Assembly: GCA_949298405.1 (NCBI GenBank)
Contig: CASFWA010000001.1
Coordinates: 129,883-193,882, forward strand
Origin: an uncultured Pseudomonadota bacterium
GTDB taxonomy: Bacteria > Pseudomonadota > Alphaproteobacteria > Rs-D84
Length of the DNA: 64,000 bases
Direction of reading: 5' to 3'
How positions within the stretch are numbered: position 1 is the stretch's first letter; the number at the start of each line of letters is the position of its first letter. The position numbers and the translations under genes are program-made. Under the pieces are notes generated by a model. It made no database searches. It saw nothing but the letters and a program-made list of their open reading frames with translations, and was not told the DNA's origin. Below, piece by piece: positions 29,759 to 37,966 of this stretch.

Positions 29759-31580
29759 TCTTTCTTGTTTTTTTGCGAATGTTGCTATCCAATTCTTTCT
29801 TGCGTAGACGAATTGTTGCAGGTGTCACTTCTACTAACTCATCATCTTGAATATATGATAGCGCTTCTTCCAAAGACATTTTACGAGGAGGTGCCAAGAA
29901 TAATTTTTCGTCCGCAGTCACAGAACGCATATTTGTTAATTCTTTACCTTTTATCGGGTTTACTTCCAAATCGTTTTCTTTGCTGTGTTCACCGATAATC
30001 ATACCAGAATAAACTTCTGTCTGTGGTCCGATAAATAGTGTGCCACGTGGTTGCAAGTTAAATAATGCGTATGTCGCAGCAGTACCGTTTTCCATAGATA
30101 CTAATACACCTGGTCGATATTGCATAATTGGACCACGATATGGTTCGTATCCTGAAAAGACGCGGTTCATAATACCTGTACCTCTGGTATCTGTGCGGAA
30201 TTCTGATAAATATCCGATAAGACCGCGCGATGGTGCAGAAAATACTATACGGGTTTTTCCGTTGCCTGATGCTTTCATCTCTGTAATTGTTGCTTTACGT
30301 TTTGTCATTTTTTCAATTACAACACCGCTGAATTCATCATCTACATCAATTACAACTTCTTCAATTGGTTCTAACTTTTCACCGTTTTCGCCTTCTTGCA
30401 TAACGACGCGTGGACGTGATACGGACAGTTCAAAGCCTTCACGACGCATTGTTTCAATTAAAATACCTAGTTGTAATTCACCACGACCAGATACTTCAAA
30501 TGCTTCGTTGTTTTCACTTTGGGTGACGCGTAATGCAATATTCGTTTCTGCTTCTTTGAATAATCTTTCACCAATCATACGTGATGTTAGTTTTTTACCT
30601 GATTTACCAGCAAGTGGTGAAGTGTTAACAAAGAATGTCATAGTTAGGGTAGGTGGGTCAATTGGCATTGCAGGTATTGGTTCGGTAACTTCTGGTGCGC
30701 AAAGTGTATCTGCCACGGTTGCTTTTGAAAAACCTGCAATAACTACGATGTCACCCGCAGATGCAGAATCTAATGATACTTTTTCAACCCCGCGATGCTC
30801 GATAATCTTTGTTATTTTGGCGTTTTCTATGAATTCACCTTTCATATTTATTGCTTTGACGGATTGACCGACTTTTACTGTACCTGATTCTATTTTGCCT
30901 GTTAGAATTCTACCTACATATGGGTCTGCTTCTAGTGTTGTTGCTAGCATTTTAAATGGCGCATCCAATTGACAACGGGTACCATTACAATCTGGTGCAG
31001 GTACGTGGTCTATTATTAATTGAAATAGTGGGGTCAAATCTTTGTGTTCATCATTTAAATCACGAACTGCCCAACCATCACGACCAACTGCATATAAATA
31101 TGGGAAATCTAATTGAGAATCTGTTGCACCTAATTTATCAAATAAATCAAATGTTTCTGTTAGTACTTCATCTGGACGTGCGTCTGCACGGTCTACCTTG
31201 TTTATGCAAACAATTGGGCGCAGCCCCAATTTCAATGCTTTTGATAATACGAACTTTGTTTGAGGAAGTGGGCCTTCGGCAGAATCAACTAATAACACAA
31301 CACCATCTACCATGGATAAAATGCGTTCTACTTCACCACCAAAATCTGCGTGCCCTGGGGTGTCTACAATATTGATTTTATACCCGTTCCATAAAATAGA
31401 TGTAGGTTTCGCAGAAATCGTAATACCGCGTTCGCGTTCAATATCACCACTGTCCATAACGCGTTCAGCAACTTTTTCATTTTCGCGGAAAGTTCCCGCT
31501 TGTTTTAACATGTTGTCAACCAAAGTTGTCTTGCCATGGTCAACGTGCGCAATTATTGCAATATTACGAATTTTCATCAA
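29745..31580 (-). CDS. typA: Translational GTPase TypA/BipA
   Basis: [45 protein letters not shown]. Confidence 0.98.
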   Translation of the reverse strand: MMKIRNIAIIAHVDHGKTTLVDNMLKQAGTFRENEKVAERVMDSGDIERERGITISAKPTSILWNGYKINIVDTPGHADFGGEVERILSMVDGVVLLVDSAEGPLPQTKFVLSKALKLGLRPIVCINKVDRADARPDEVLTETFDLFDKLGATDSQLDFPYLYAVGRDGWAVRDLNDEHKDLTPLFQLIIDHVPAPDCNGTRCQLDAPFKMLATTLEADPYVGRILTGKIESGTVKVGQSVKAINMKGEFIENAKITKIIEHRGVEKVSLDSASAGDIVVIAGFSKATVADTLCAPEVTEPIPAMPIDPPTLTMTFFVNTSPLAGKSGKKLTSRMIGERLFKEAETNIALRVTQSENNEAFEVSGRGELQLGILIETMRREGFELSVSRPRVVMQEGENGEKLEPIEEVVIDVDDEFSGVVIEKMTKRKATITEMKASGNGKTRIVFSAPSRGLIGYLSEFRTDTRGTGIMNRVFSGYEPYRGPIMQYRPGVLVSMENGTAATYALFNLQPRGTLFIGPQTEVYSGMIIGEHSKENDLEVNPIKGKELTNMRSVTADEKLFLAPPRKMSLEEALSYIQDDELVEVTPATIRLRKKELDSNIRKKTRKNVEE

Positions 31581-31686
31581 TTTTTCCCTATACTTTTATA
31601 TGCTATAATTTTTTTAACCCATAGATTATACCATAATTTCTGTTTTTCAAGAAGTATGCACTATGAATATTTTTTGATTTTAATAA

Positions 31687-31714
31687 TTGACATAATACGT
31701 CGTTTGTCTATAAT
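31687..31714 (+). promoter_or_regulatory. Consensus sigma70 promoter for the 31745 orphan gene
   Basis: TTGACA-16 bp-TATAAT. Confidence 0.75.
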
Positions 31715-31744
31715 GTAAAGAAAAATATTTCATGGGGGATAAAT

Positions 31745-32302
31745 ATGCAAAAAGAGTTCTCAGAAGAGAAAGTTTATTCAGATATAAAGTCTGGCTTCGG
31801 TAGTTTTAAGGTTTTAGCAAAAGCGAGTTTGGCTAAAAGGTGGAAAGACTTGTCACGTTCACAAAAATATGACGCGGGCAGGGCGTTGGTAAAAATCGCG
31901 GATGTTGCAAAATACCCTGAAATTTATTTTTCGCGTGCTGCAACAGAAAAAGACTATATGAACAGAATAAAAAATTGGATTGAAAAAAATAATGTTGCAC
32001 CAGAAAATGCAAAATGTGCATTTTATATGGTATGGCGACCTTCGGATTATGTTGTAAATGATGCAGCAAATGCTTTTTGGTATAATGCAGATTTAAGAAG
32101 TGCTTTTTATAGGTTTTGTGATCTGGTTCAAGATTGGGAATATGGCAGAACTGCAGATGGTGAAAAAGGGCGAAGTTCTTTTACATTTTTGGCAGAAAAA
32201 ATAGAAGAAAAAGCAAAAGATTTAAATAAACAAGCAAAAATAAAACAGGCGAATATTTTTGTTCGACCAATTAAGGAATTCCTTTATTCTTTTCAAAAAT
32301 AA
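31745..32302 (+). CDS. Hypothetical protein (orphan with its own promoter and terminator)
   Basis: 185-aa ORF with GGGGGA SD; no recognised motif. Confidence 0.7.
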   Translation: MQKEFSEEKVYSDIKSGFGSFKVLAKASLAKRWKDLSRSQKYDAGRALVKIADVAKYPEIYFSRAATEKDYMNRIKNWIEKNNVAPENAKCAFYMVWRPSDYVVNDAANAFWYNADLRSAFYRFCDLVQDWEYGRTADGEKGRSSFTFLAEKIEEKAKDLNKQAKIKQANIFVRPIKEFLYSFQK

Positions 32303-32328
32303 AAAAACGGGGAAAGTCCCCGTTTTTT
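32301..32328. terminator. Bidirectional terminator (orphan gene / serS)
   Basis: AAAAAACGGGGA-aag-TCCCCGTTTTTT. Confidence 0.85.
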
Positions 32329-33607
32329 AATGTTTGCCACCAATTTTAGTTCTGCCACCCATAAGAGGTTGTAATTTCTTTGGTATATTTACAGAACCAT
32401 CTGCATTTTGATGGTTTTCTATTACAGGTACCAATGCGCGTGGAACTGCAATACCTGTATTGTTTAATGTCGCAACAAATTTAACATCACCCGTTGCATT
32501 TTCACGATATCTGGTATTTGTTCTACGTGCTTGGAATGTACCAATCGAAGAACAACTGCCTAGTTCTTTGTACGCGTTTTCACTTGGAACCCATGCTTCA
32601 ACGTCGTTCATTTTTACTTTGTTGAATCCCATATCTCCTGTCGAATTAGCAATTACGCGGTATGGTAATTCCAGGTCCTCCATTACTTCACAAAGGTTGT
32701 TTAATATATGTTCATGCATTTCGTCAGACTGTTCTGGTTTGCAATATATATATTGTTCGACCTTATTAAATTGGTGGAATCTTGCCAGACCCCTTGTGTC
32801 ACGACCTGCGGCACCGGCTTCTTTGCGGAAGCATGGTGAGAATCCTGCGTATTTTATTGGTAGTGCATTTTCAGGTAGAATTTCACCACTATGTAGCGAG
32901 TTCAATATTATTTCTGCGGTACCTGCCAAGCATCTATCGGTATCTGTTAACATAAATACATCATTATTCATTACAGATAAATCAGAGCCCATAAAGTGAC
33001 CAGCGTCAAATATTGTTTGTGGTTTTGTAATGGATGGGCATTCTATAAATGTAAAGCCTTTGGATATCAATTTCTGTATAACATAAGTTTCTATTGCTAA
33101 TTGTAATTCCGCTGCTTCTCCCATTAAACAATAGGTACGTGTTCCACATATTTGACCGATTTTTTCTGGTAACCACCAATTGTTCATGTCTAATAAGTCC
33201 CACTGTGCACGCGGTGTAAAGTCAAATTTTGTCGGTTCGCCTACACGACGGACTTCCACATTATCACTATCATCTGCGCCAATTGGTGCATCTGGACTGG
33301 GAATTTGTGGAACGCGATGTAATAAATCATTTAGTTTTTCTTCCTTTTCGGCAAGTTCTGCTAAATCTGCAGCAATTTCTTCGCCTATTTTTTTCGATTC
33401 TGCGATTAATGGTGCTTTGTCTGCAGCAGTCGGAATTTCACGAGTTATTTTATTCTTTTCTGCGGTTTTTGTTTGTGTAATTGTTTTTAGTTCTCTTACG
33501 CGTGTGTCTAAGGTTAAGATTTCATCTACATGATCTTCAAAGCCTTTTACTTTACACGCATTCTTTACTGTGTCTGGATTTTCACGAATAAATCGAATGT
33601 CTAACAT
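32327..33607 (-). CDS. serS: Serine--tRNA ligase
   Basis: MLDIRFIREN, GTAE, CFRKEAG..GRDTRGL.R.HQFNKVE, ELGSCS, FQARR, TLNNT. Confidence 0.98.
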   Translation of the reverse strand: MLDIRFIRENPDTVKNACKVKGFEDHVDEILTLDTRVRELKTITQTKTAEKNKITREIPTAADKAPLIAESKKIGEEIAADLAELAEKEEKLNDLLHRVPQIPSPDAPIGADDSDNVEVRRVGEPTKFDFTPRAQWDLLDMNNWWLPEKIGQICGTRTYCLMGEAAELQLAIETYVIQKLISKGFTFIECPSITKPQTIFDAGHFMGSDLSVMNNDVFMLTDTDRCLAGTAEIILNSLHSGEILPENALPIKYAGFSPCFRKEAGAAGRDTRGLARFHQFNKVEQYIYCKPEQSDEMHEHILNNLCEVMEDLELPYRVIANSTGDMGFNKVKMNDVEAWVPSENAYKELGSCSSIGTFQARRTNTRYRENATGDVKFVATLNNTGIAVPRALVPVIENHQNADGSVNIPKKLQPLMGGRTKIGGKH

Positions 33608-33679
33608 TTCTTATGCCCTTAATTGTTTTTTGTTTTTGTAAGAATTGTTTTTGCGATATAAATCGCGATTTTTTATGAA

Positions 33680-33745
33680 TTAATAATTGAAACGTACCCC
33701 AAAAGGGGATGAGTAAGAACTAAAAAAGTAATATTCTTTTATCAT
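33680..33745 (-). CDS. Putative serS leader peptide MIKEYYFFSSYSSPFGVRFNY (21 aa)
   Basis: Hand-translated uORF ending 72 nt upstream of serS; Ser codons AGT TCT (TAC) TCA TCC; homologous to the thrS uORF. Confidence 0.8.
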   Translation of the reverse strand: MIKEYYFFSSYSSPFGVRFNY

Positions 33746-33755
33746 AACAATATAA

Positions 33756-33784
33756 ATCATAAAATATTGACTGAAAAAAAGCAA
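33756..33784 (-). promoter_or_regulatory. Promoter of the serS leader
   Basis: TTGCTT-17 bp-TATGAT, 10 nt before the leader ATG. Confidence 0.7.
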
Positions 33785-33820
33785 TAAAAAATAGGGCGTT
33801 TTCATGGTGATAGAAAAAAA

Positions 33821-33856
33821 TTGCGCCATTGGGGGCTTTATGTTATGCTAAGCCCC
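33821..33856 (+). promoter_or_regulatory. trxB promoter overlapped by an inverted repeat
   Basis: TTGCGC-17 bp-TATGCT; GGGGCTT-N11-AAGCCCC brackets the -10. Confidence 0.55.
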
Positions 33857-33880
33857 GAAAAGATAACTAGGAGATTTTTT

Positions 33881-34792
33881 ATGACAGATATTGTTATGCA
33901 TGACGTTATAATTTTGGGCTCTGGTCCCGCTGGACTTACTGCAGCGCTTTATTGCGCACGCGCAGGAAAGAAAACGCTTGTTCTGGGTGGTGATAGATTA
34001 GGGGGGCAGACCGCAGGAATTGCAGTTCTGGAAAACTACCCAGGTTGGAAAGGAAGTGGCTTAGAACTTGCAGAGTTTATGAAAACACAGGCCGAAACAT
34101 TTGGCGCAGAAATTATTTTTACGTCTGCAAAAAATATTTCCGGTGATGCAGAAAGTGCTTTTAGTATTTTAGCAGATGACGGAAATAGATATGTTGGTAA
34201 AACTGTCATAATTGCAACAGGTGCTTCACCACGTAAGTTGGAAATAGAAGGTGCAAAAGAATTCTTTGGCAAGGGCGTTTCTTATTGTGCGACTTGTGAT
34301 GGATTCTTCTATGCTTATAAAGATGTCATTGTTATGGGTGGCGGAAATTCTGCTTTAAATGATGCTTTGTATTTAGCAGATATCGCAAAAAGCGTAAAGA
34401 TTGTTTATCGCAAAGGTGCGTTTACTCGTGCAGAGGCAGTTTTGCGTAATCGCGTCGCAGAACGTGAAAATATAGAATGCTTATTTAATATGGATTTAAA
34501 GAAAATAGCAGCGTTGCCAGATTCTGATAGATTAGTTGTGACAACTACAGATGATAAAGAAATTGTTTGTGATGGCTTGTTCGTTGCAATAGGGCATGAG
34601 GCAAATACTGATTATTTAACAGAAGATATTCGTCGTGATAATATGGGGCGCTTGATACCAGCAGAATTACCAGAAGGTGTATTTGTAGCAGGTGATGTTC
34701 AGTCAGAACTAAAAATGCAAATCGCAACAGCAGTAGGAACGGGTTGCAGTGCAGGTATGGATGCAATCGCGTATTTAAATTCGCGTGGTTAA
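33881..34792 (+). CDS. trxB: Thioredoxin reductase
   Basis: GSGPAG, GVSYCATCDG, GGGNSA, VFVAGD; AGGAG SD before ATG 33881. Confidence 0.9.
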   Translation: MTDIVMHDVIILGSGPAGLTAALYCARAGKKTLVLGGDRLGGQTAGIAVLENYPGWKGSGLELAEFMKTQAETFGAEIIFTSAKNISGDAESAFSILADDGNRYVGKTVIIATGASPRKLEIEGAKEFFGKGVSYCATCDGFFYAYKDVIVMGGGNSALNDALYLADIAKSVKIVYRKGAFTRAEAVLRNRVAERENIECLFNMDLKKIAALPDSDRLVVTTTDDKEIVCDGLFVAIGHEANTDYLTEDIRRDNMGRLIPAELPEGVFVAGDVQSELKMQIATAVGTGCSAGMDAIAYLNSRG

Positions 34793-34823
34793 TAAAAAGG
34801 TCTGGGAAACAGACCTTTTTATT
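34791..34823. terminator. Bidirectional terminator
   Basis: AATAAAAAGGTCT-loop-AGACCTTTTTATT. Confidence 0.75.
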
Positions 34824-35322
34824 TTTTACTAAAATGTTTTTTTAGAATTTCATATGCGGCAGAAATTTTTGTAAATTCTGTCGTTGCTTTATCTTTTTCA
34901 GATGCTGTGTCTGGATGATACTTTTTGGCAAGTGCACGGTACCTTGCAGAAATTTCACGCCATGATGCACTTATCGGTAATTCAAATGTTTTTAATGCAG
35001 ATACAACATTTGTGGGTAGTTTGCTTTTAGGTGGCATTTTATCAAATGTACCGCGCCCAGTTATAAAATCGTTTAAAAAATTTACATATTCTGCTTCGTC
35101 TGCGTTTGCTTTATTTTTATCTTTAAGCGGTGCACCAAATGTCTGACGTTCCCAATCTGCTTCTATTTCTTCTGGGGTCATATCTGCATAATAATTCCAA
35201 TTCTTATTATATTCAGCAGCGTGTTCTTTGCAGAAAAACCAATAGTCTTTTAATTCGCGCGTCTTGGGTGCACGACAAGTACCAGCCTTGGTACAGCCTG
35301 GATGATCACATTTTTTTATCAT
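34819..35322 (-). CDS. DnaJ-domain protein (alphaproteobacterial type, C-terminal J domain)
   Basis: CDHPGC..G..RAPK..FC.EH..EYNKNWNYY N-terminus; HPD motif in C-terminal J domain. Confidence 0.88.
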   Translation of the reverse strand: MIKKCDHPGCTKAGTCRAPKTRELKDYWFFCKEHAAEYNKNWNYYADMTPEEIEADWERQTFGAPLKDKNKANADEAEYVNFLNDFITGRGTFDKMPPKSKLPTNVVSALKTFELPISASWREISARYRALAKKYHPDTASEKDKATTEFTKISAAYEILKKHFSKK

Positions 35323-36185
35323 ATATCGGATTCCTTTTTATGACCTAACGGATGATGCATTTGTACAGTTTCACGCAATTTTTCTGGCAGGACATGCGTA
35401 TAGATTTGCGTGGTTGATATATCTTCATGCCCAAGCATGGTCTGTATTATTCGTAAATTTGCACCACCTGCAAGAAGGTGGGAAGCAAAAGAGTGACGCA
35501 GAACATGCGGACTTACCCGATGGGGGTCAATCCCTGCAAGAACAGCACATTTTTTCAGAATTTTAAAAAATCCGTCCCGGGTTATATGACCGTCTTTCCC
35601 ATTAGATGGAAACACGTATTTTGATTTTTCATCGTCACGAATGGATAACCATTTTTCTAAAGCATGTTTTGCGCGTTCATGTATCGGTACCATTCTTTCT
35701 TTTGCGCCTTTGCCATGAATTAATAATTTATCACCTAAATATGCGGTCGTTGGCAATTCGCATAATTCTGAAACACGCAAACCTGATGCGTATAATAACT
35801 CTATCATAGCACGAAGTCGAATAGAGTTCTTTATATCACCTGCAGAAGATATTAATAATTCTATTTCTTCAACTGATAAAAATTTAGGAAGTGCACGCAT
35901 TCTTTTTGGTAATTCCAGATTAGATGTTGGGTTTTCTTTTATTATCTTTTCCAACATTAAAAATTTATAAAATCCGCGTAATGCGCTGGCTTTCCTAGCA
36001 ACGGAAGATGCTTTGTCGGGAAGGTCTGATAAATATTTTTGTATGTCTGCGCTTGTTGCACCCATTAAACCGTTCGGTATGCTTTCATCCGCATGACGCA
36101 AGTCACTGGCATAACTTTCCAGTGTTTTTTGACTGCGACCTTTTTCTGCAGAAAGTGCTTCTAAAAAAATATCTATATAGTTCAT
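35319..36185 (-). CDS. xerD: Tyrosine recombinase XerD
   Basis: LYASGLRVSEL, GKGAKER, SPHVLRHSFASHLL, LGHEDISTTQIYTHV; start set at ATG 36185. Confidence 0.9.
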   Translation of the reverse strand: MNYIDIFLEALSAEKGRSQKTLESYASDLRHADESIPNGLMGATSADIQKYLSDLPDKASSVARKASALRGFYKFLMLEKIIKENPTSNLELPKRMRALPKFLSVEEIELLISSAGDIKNSIRLRAMIELLYASGLRVSELCELPTTAYLGDKLLIHGKGAKERMVPIHERAKHALEKWLSIRDDEKSKYVFPSNGKDGHITRDGFFKILKKCAVLAGIDPHRVSPHVLRHSFASHLLAGGANLRIIQTMLGHEDISTTQIYTHVLPEKLRETVQMHHPLGHKKESDI

Positions 36186-36313
36186 GGGTATAAAACGATT
36201 TCTGTTACATTCTGAGCAGGTGGAAATGATATTATCATTAATACGATTAAGATAACTATCAAAGCCCATATTATTATTTTATTCCTGGTTGTATTCTTTT
36301 TACGAATAGGCAT
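36182..36313 (-). CDS. Small single-TM protein, 43 aa, not in the ORF track
   Basis: MPIRKKNTTRNKIIIWALIVILIVLMIISFPPAQNVTEIVLYP; AAGGA SD 8 nt upstream; its TGA overlaps the xerD ATG. Confidence 0.75.
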   Translation of the reverse strand: MPIRKKNTTRNKIIIWALIVILIVLMIISFPPAQNVTEIVLYP

Positions 36314-36331
36314 GTGGGTTATCCTTTTGGC

Positions 36332-37405
36332 TTATATTGTATCAAAACTTGCGATAAATGCGCCCGCACCAGCAATTATTATAAGTTGCGGTGCAACAAT
36401 TGCTAGTAATGGTGGCAGTACACCTGTTGAACCAAGGGCATTAAACATATTTGTTAAAAAATATACCGCAAAGCATGTAATTATACCTATGCCAAATTTT
36501 AAACCGAAACTATAATTCCTACGCTGCTTCGTTTGCGAAAAAGCGACACCAAGTGTTGCCATTGCTATCATTGTTAACGGTAAAAATAGCAGAGTCCAAA
36601 ACTGAACAAGGTGACCGCGTACTGTCACGCCGATTGCCTGCATCTTTTTTATGAAGTTCGGTAAATCCCAGAATGATATTTGATCCGGTTGTAAATAACG
36701 GTCTAGAACAGTTTGCGGGTTTAGTAGTGTATTTATATGCCAATCAACGGTTTTGGGAATTCCATTGTCGTCCCATGTGGTTGCTTTTTTTGCGTCTAAA
36801 CCTGCATCAGATAGTGTCAATGTTTCTGCTTCTACACGTTGGGTTAACTTAAATGTTTTGTCTTGTACATATACAGTGGCATTTTCAAACAATAAAATAT
36901 TTCCAGATTTATGCATGTTTTTGGCGTTCATTGTTATATAACCGTTATCAGACGATTCGCGTAGCCATATTGCATCATCAATTAAAACCAGGTGGTCTGG
37001 TGTGATATTCTTTTCATTTAGACCAACGGAATATGGATTGATAATCGTTGTCGCGATAATACCAACAAGTGCGGCACCAAGCAAAAATGGGCGTGCCATT
37101 TGATAAGGTGATAAACCTGCGCTGGCAATAATTATTTTTTCGCTTGATTTTGTAAGATTATATGAGGCAAGTAAGGTTCCCATAAAAACGGCCAGCGGTA
37201 AAAATAGAGGTACATATTCAAGCAATCTTACCCATGTTTCTGATAAAGCATCCATAACAGTCGGGTTTGAAGGCAGTCTTTCTACAAAAGTTACCGCCAT
37301 GATTATGCCGCATACCACAAGCATAACCAAACCAAAGCCAGAAAAAAATCGGCGCATTAAAAATCTATTTAATATATTAAGTCTAAACATATATATATCC
37401 ACCAT
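36332..37405 (-). CDS. lptG: LPS export permease LptF/LptG family (start may be ATG 37390)
   Basis: 3 TM + periplasmic domain + 3 TM; SSE...ASAGLS, PDQISFWDL, GVLPPLLA..AP. Confidence 0.85.
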   Translation of the reverse strand: MVDIYMFRLNILNRFLMRRFFSGFGLVMLVVCGIIMAVTFVERLPSNPTVMDALSETWVRLLEYVPLFLPLAVFMGTLLASYNLTKSSEKIIIASAGLSPYQMARPFLLGAALVGIIATTIINPYSVGLNEKNITPDHLVLIDDAIWLRESSDNGYITMNAKNMHKSGNILLFENATVYVQDKTFKLTQRVEAETLTLSDAGLDAKKATTWDDNGIPKTVDWHINTLLNPQTVLDRYLQPDQISFWDLPNFIKKMQAIGVTVRGHLVQFWTLLFLPLTMIAMATLGVAFSQTKQRRNYSFGLKFGIGIITCFAVYFLTNMFNALGSTGVLPPLLAIVAPQLIIIAGAGAFIASFDTI

Positions 37406-37492
37406 TAACTAAAAAAGTATACCTTGTTCAATTGACAATTGCAAAATTAAAATGAATGCTTATAATTTCGATACAATATATAGGATTTAGAT

Positions 37493-37963
37493 ATGGAAAA
37501 AAGGCCGATTTCAAGGGCTGGGTTTGACAGCCTTATTAAAGAATTAAAAGATTTAAAAGAAGTTCAACGTCCAGAAATTTTAAAGACTGTTCAATGGGCG
37601 CGTTCGTTGGGGGATTTGTCTGAAAATGCAGATTATAGTGCTGCAAAGGAAAAACAACGTCAAATTGATAAGCGTATACAGTTTATCGAAGAAGTTATAA
37701 ATAATGCGACAATAATAGATGTTGATTCTTTGTCAGGTGACCGTGTTGTGTTTGGTGCGCGCGTCGTTGCAGAAGACGAAGACGGTAACAGAATGCAATG
37801 CAGAATTTTGTCTGATATCGAATCTGATGGAAAACAAGTGATTTCTTGTACTTCACCTGTGGGACGCGCTTTGATAGGTCGTTGTGTCGGTGATACCTGT
37901 ATTGTTAAGTTGCCTAGTGGTGAAAAAGAATATGAAATCTTGGAAGTAAAATTTAAGGACTAA
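37493..37963 (+). CDS. greA: Transcription elongation factor GreA
   Basis: ARSLGDLSENADY.AAKE, VVFGA, IS..SPVGRALIG. Confidence 0.95.
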   Translation: MEKRPISRAGFDSLIKELKDLKEVQRPEILKTVQWARSLGDLSENADYSAAKEKQRQIDKRIQFIEEVINNATIIDVDSLSGDRVVFGARVVAEDEDGNRMQCRILSDIESDGKQVISCTSPVGRALIGRCVGDTCIVKLPSGEKEYEILEVKFKD

Positions 37964-37966
37964 GTT

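Noticed and set aside
30040-30867. Long 275-aa antisense ORF, and similar antisense ORFs within serS, mutL, lolC and others
   Set aside because: Shadow frames of well-conserved genes; no SD or motifs
35319-36269. Tyrosine recombinase as a phage or island integrase, and its CxxC-bearing N-terminal extension
   Set aside because: Motifs and housekeeping context fit chromosomal XerD and there are no att repeats or cargo; the extension is better explained by the overlapping 43-aa ORF in another frame
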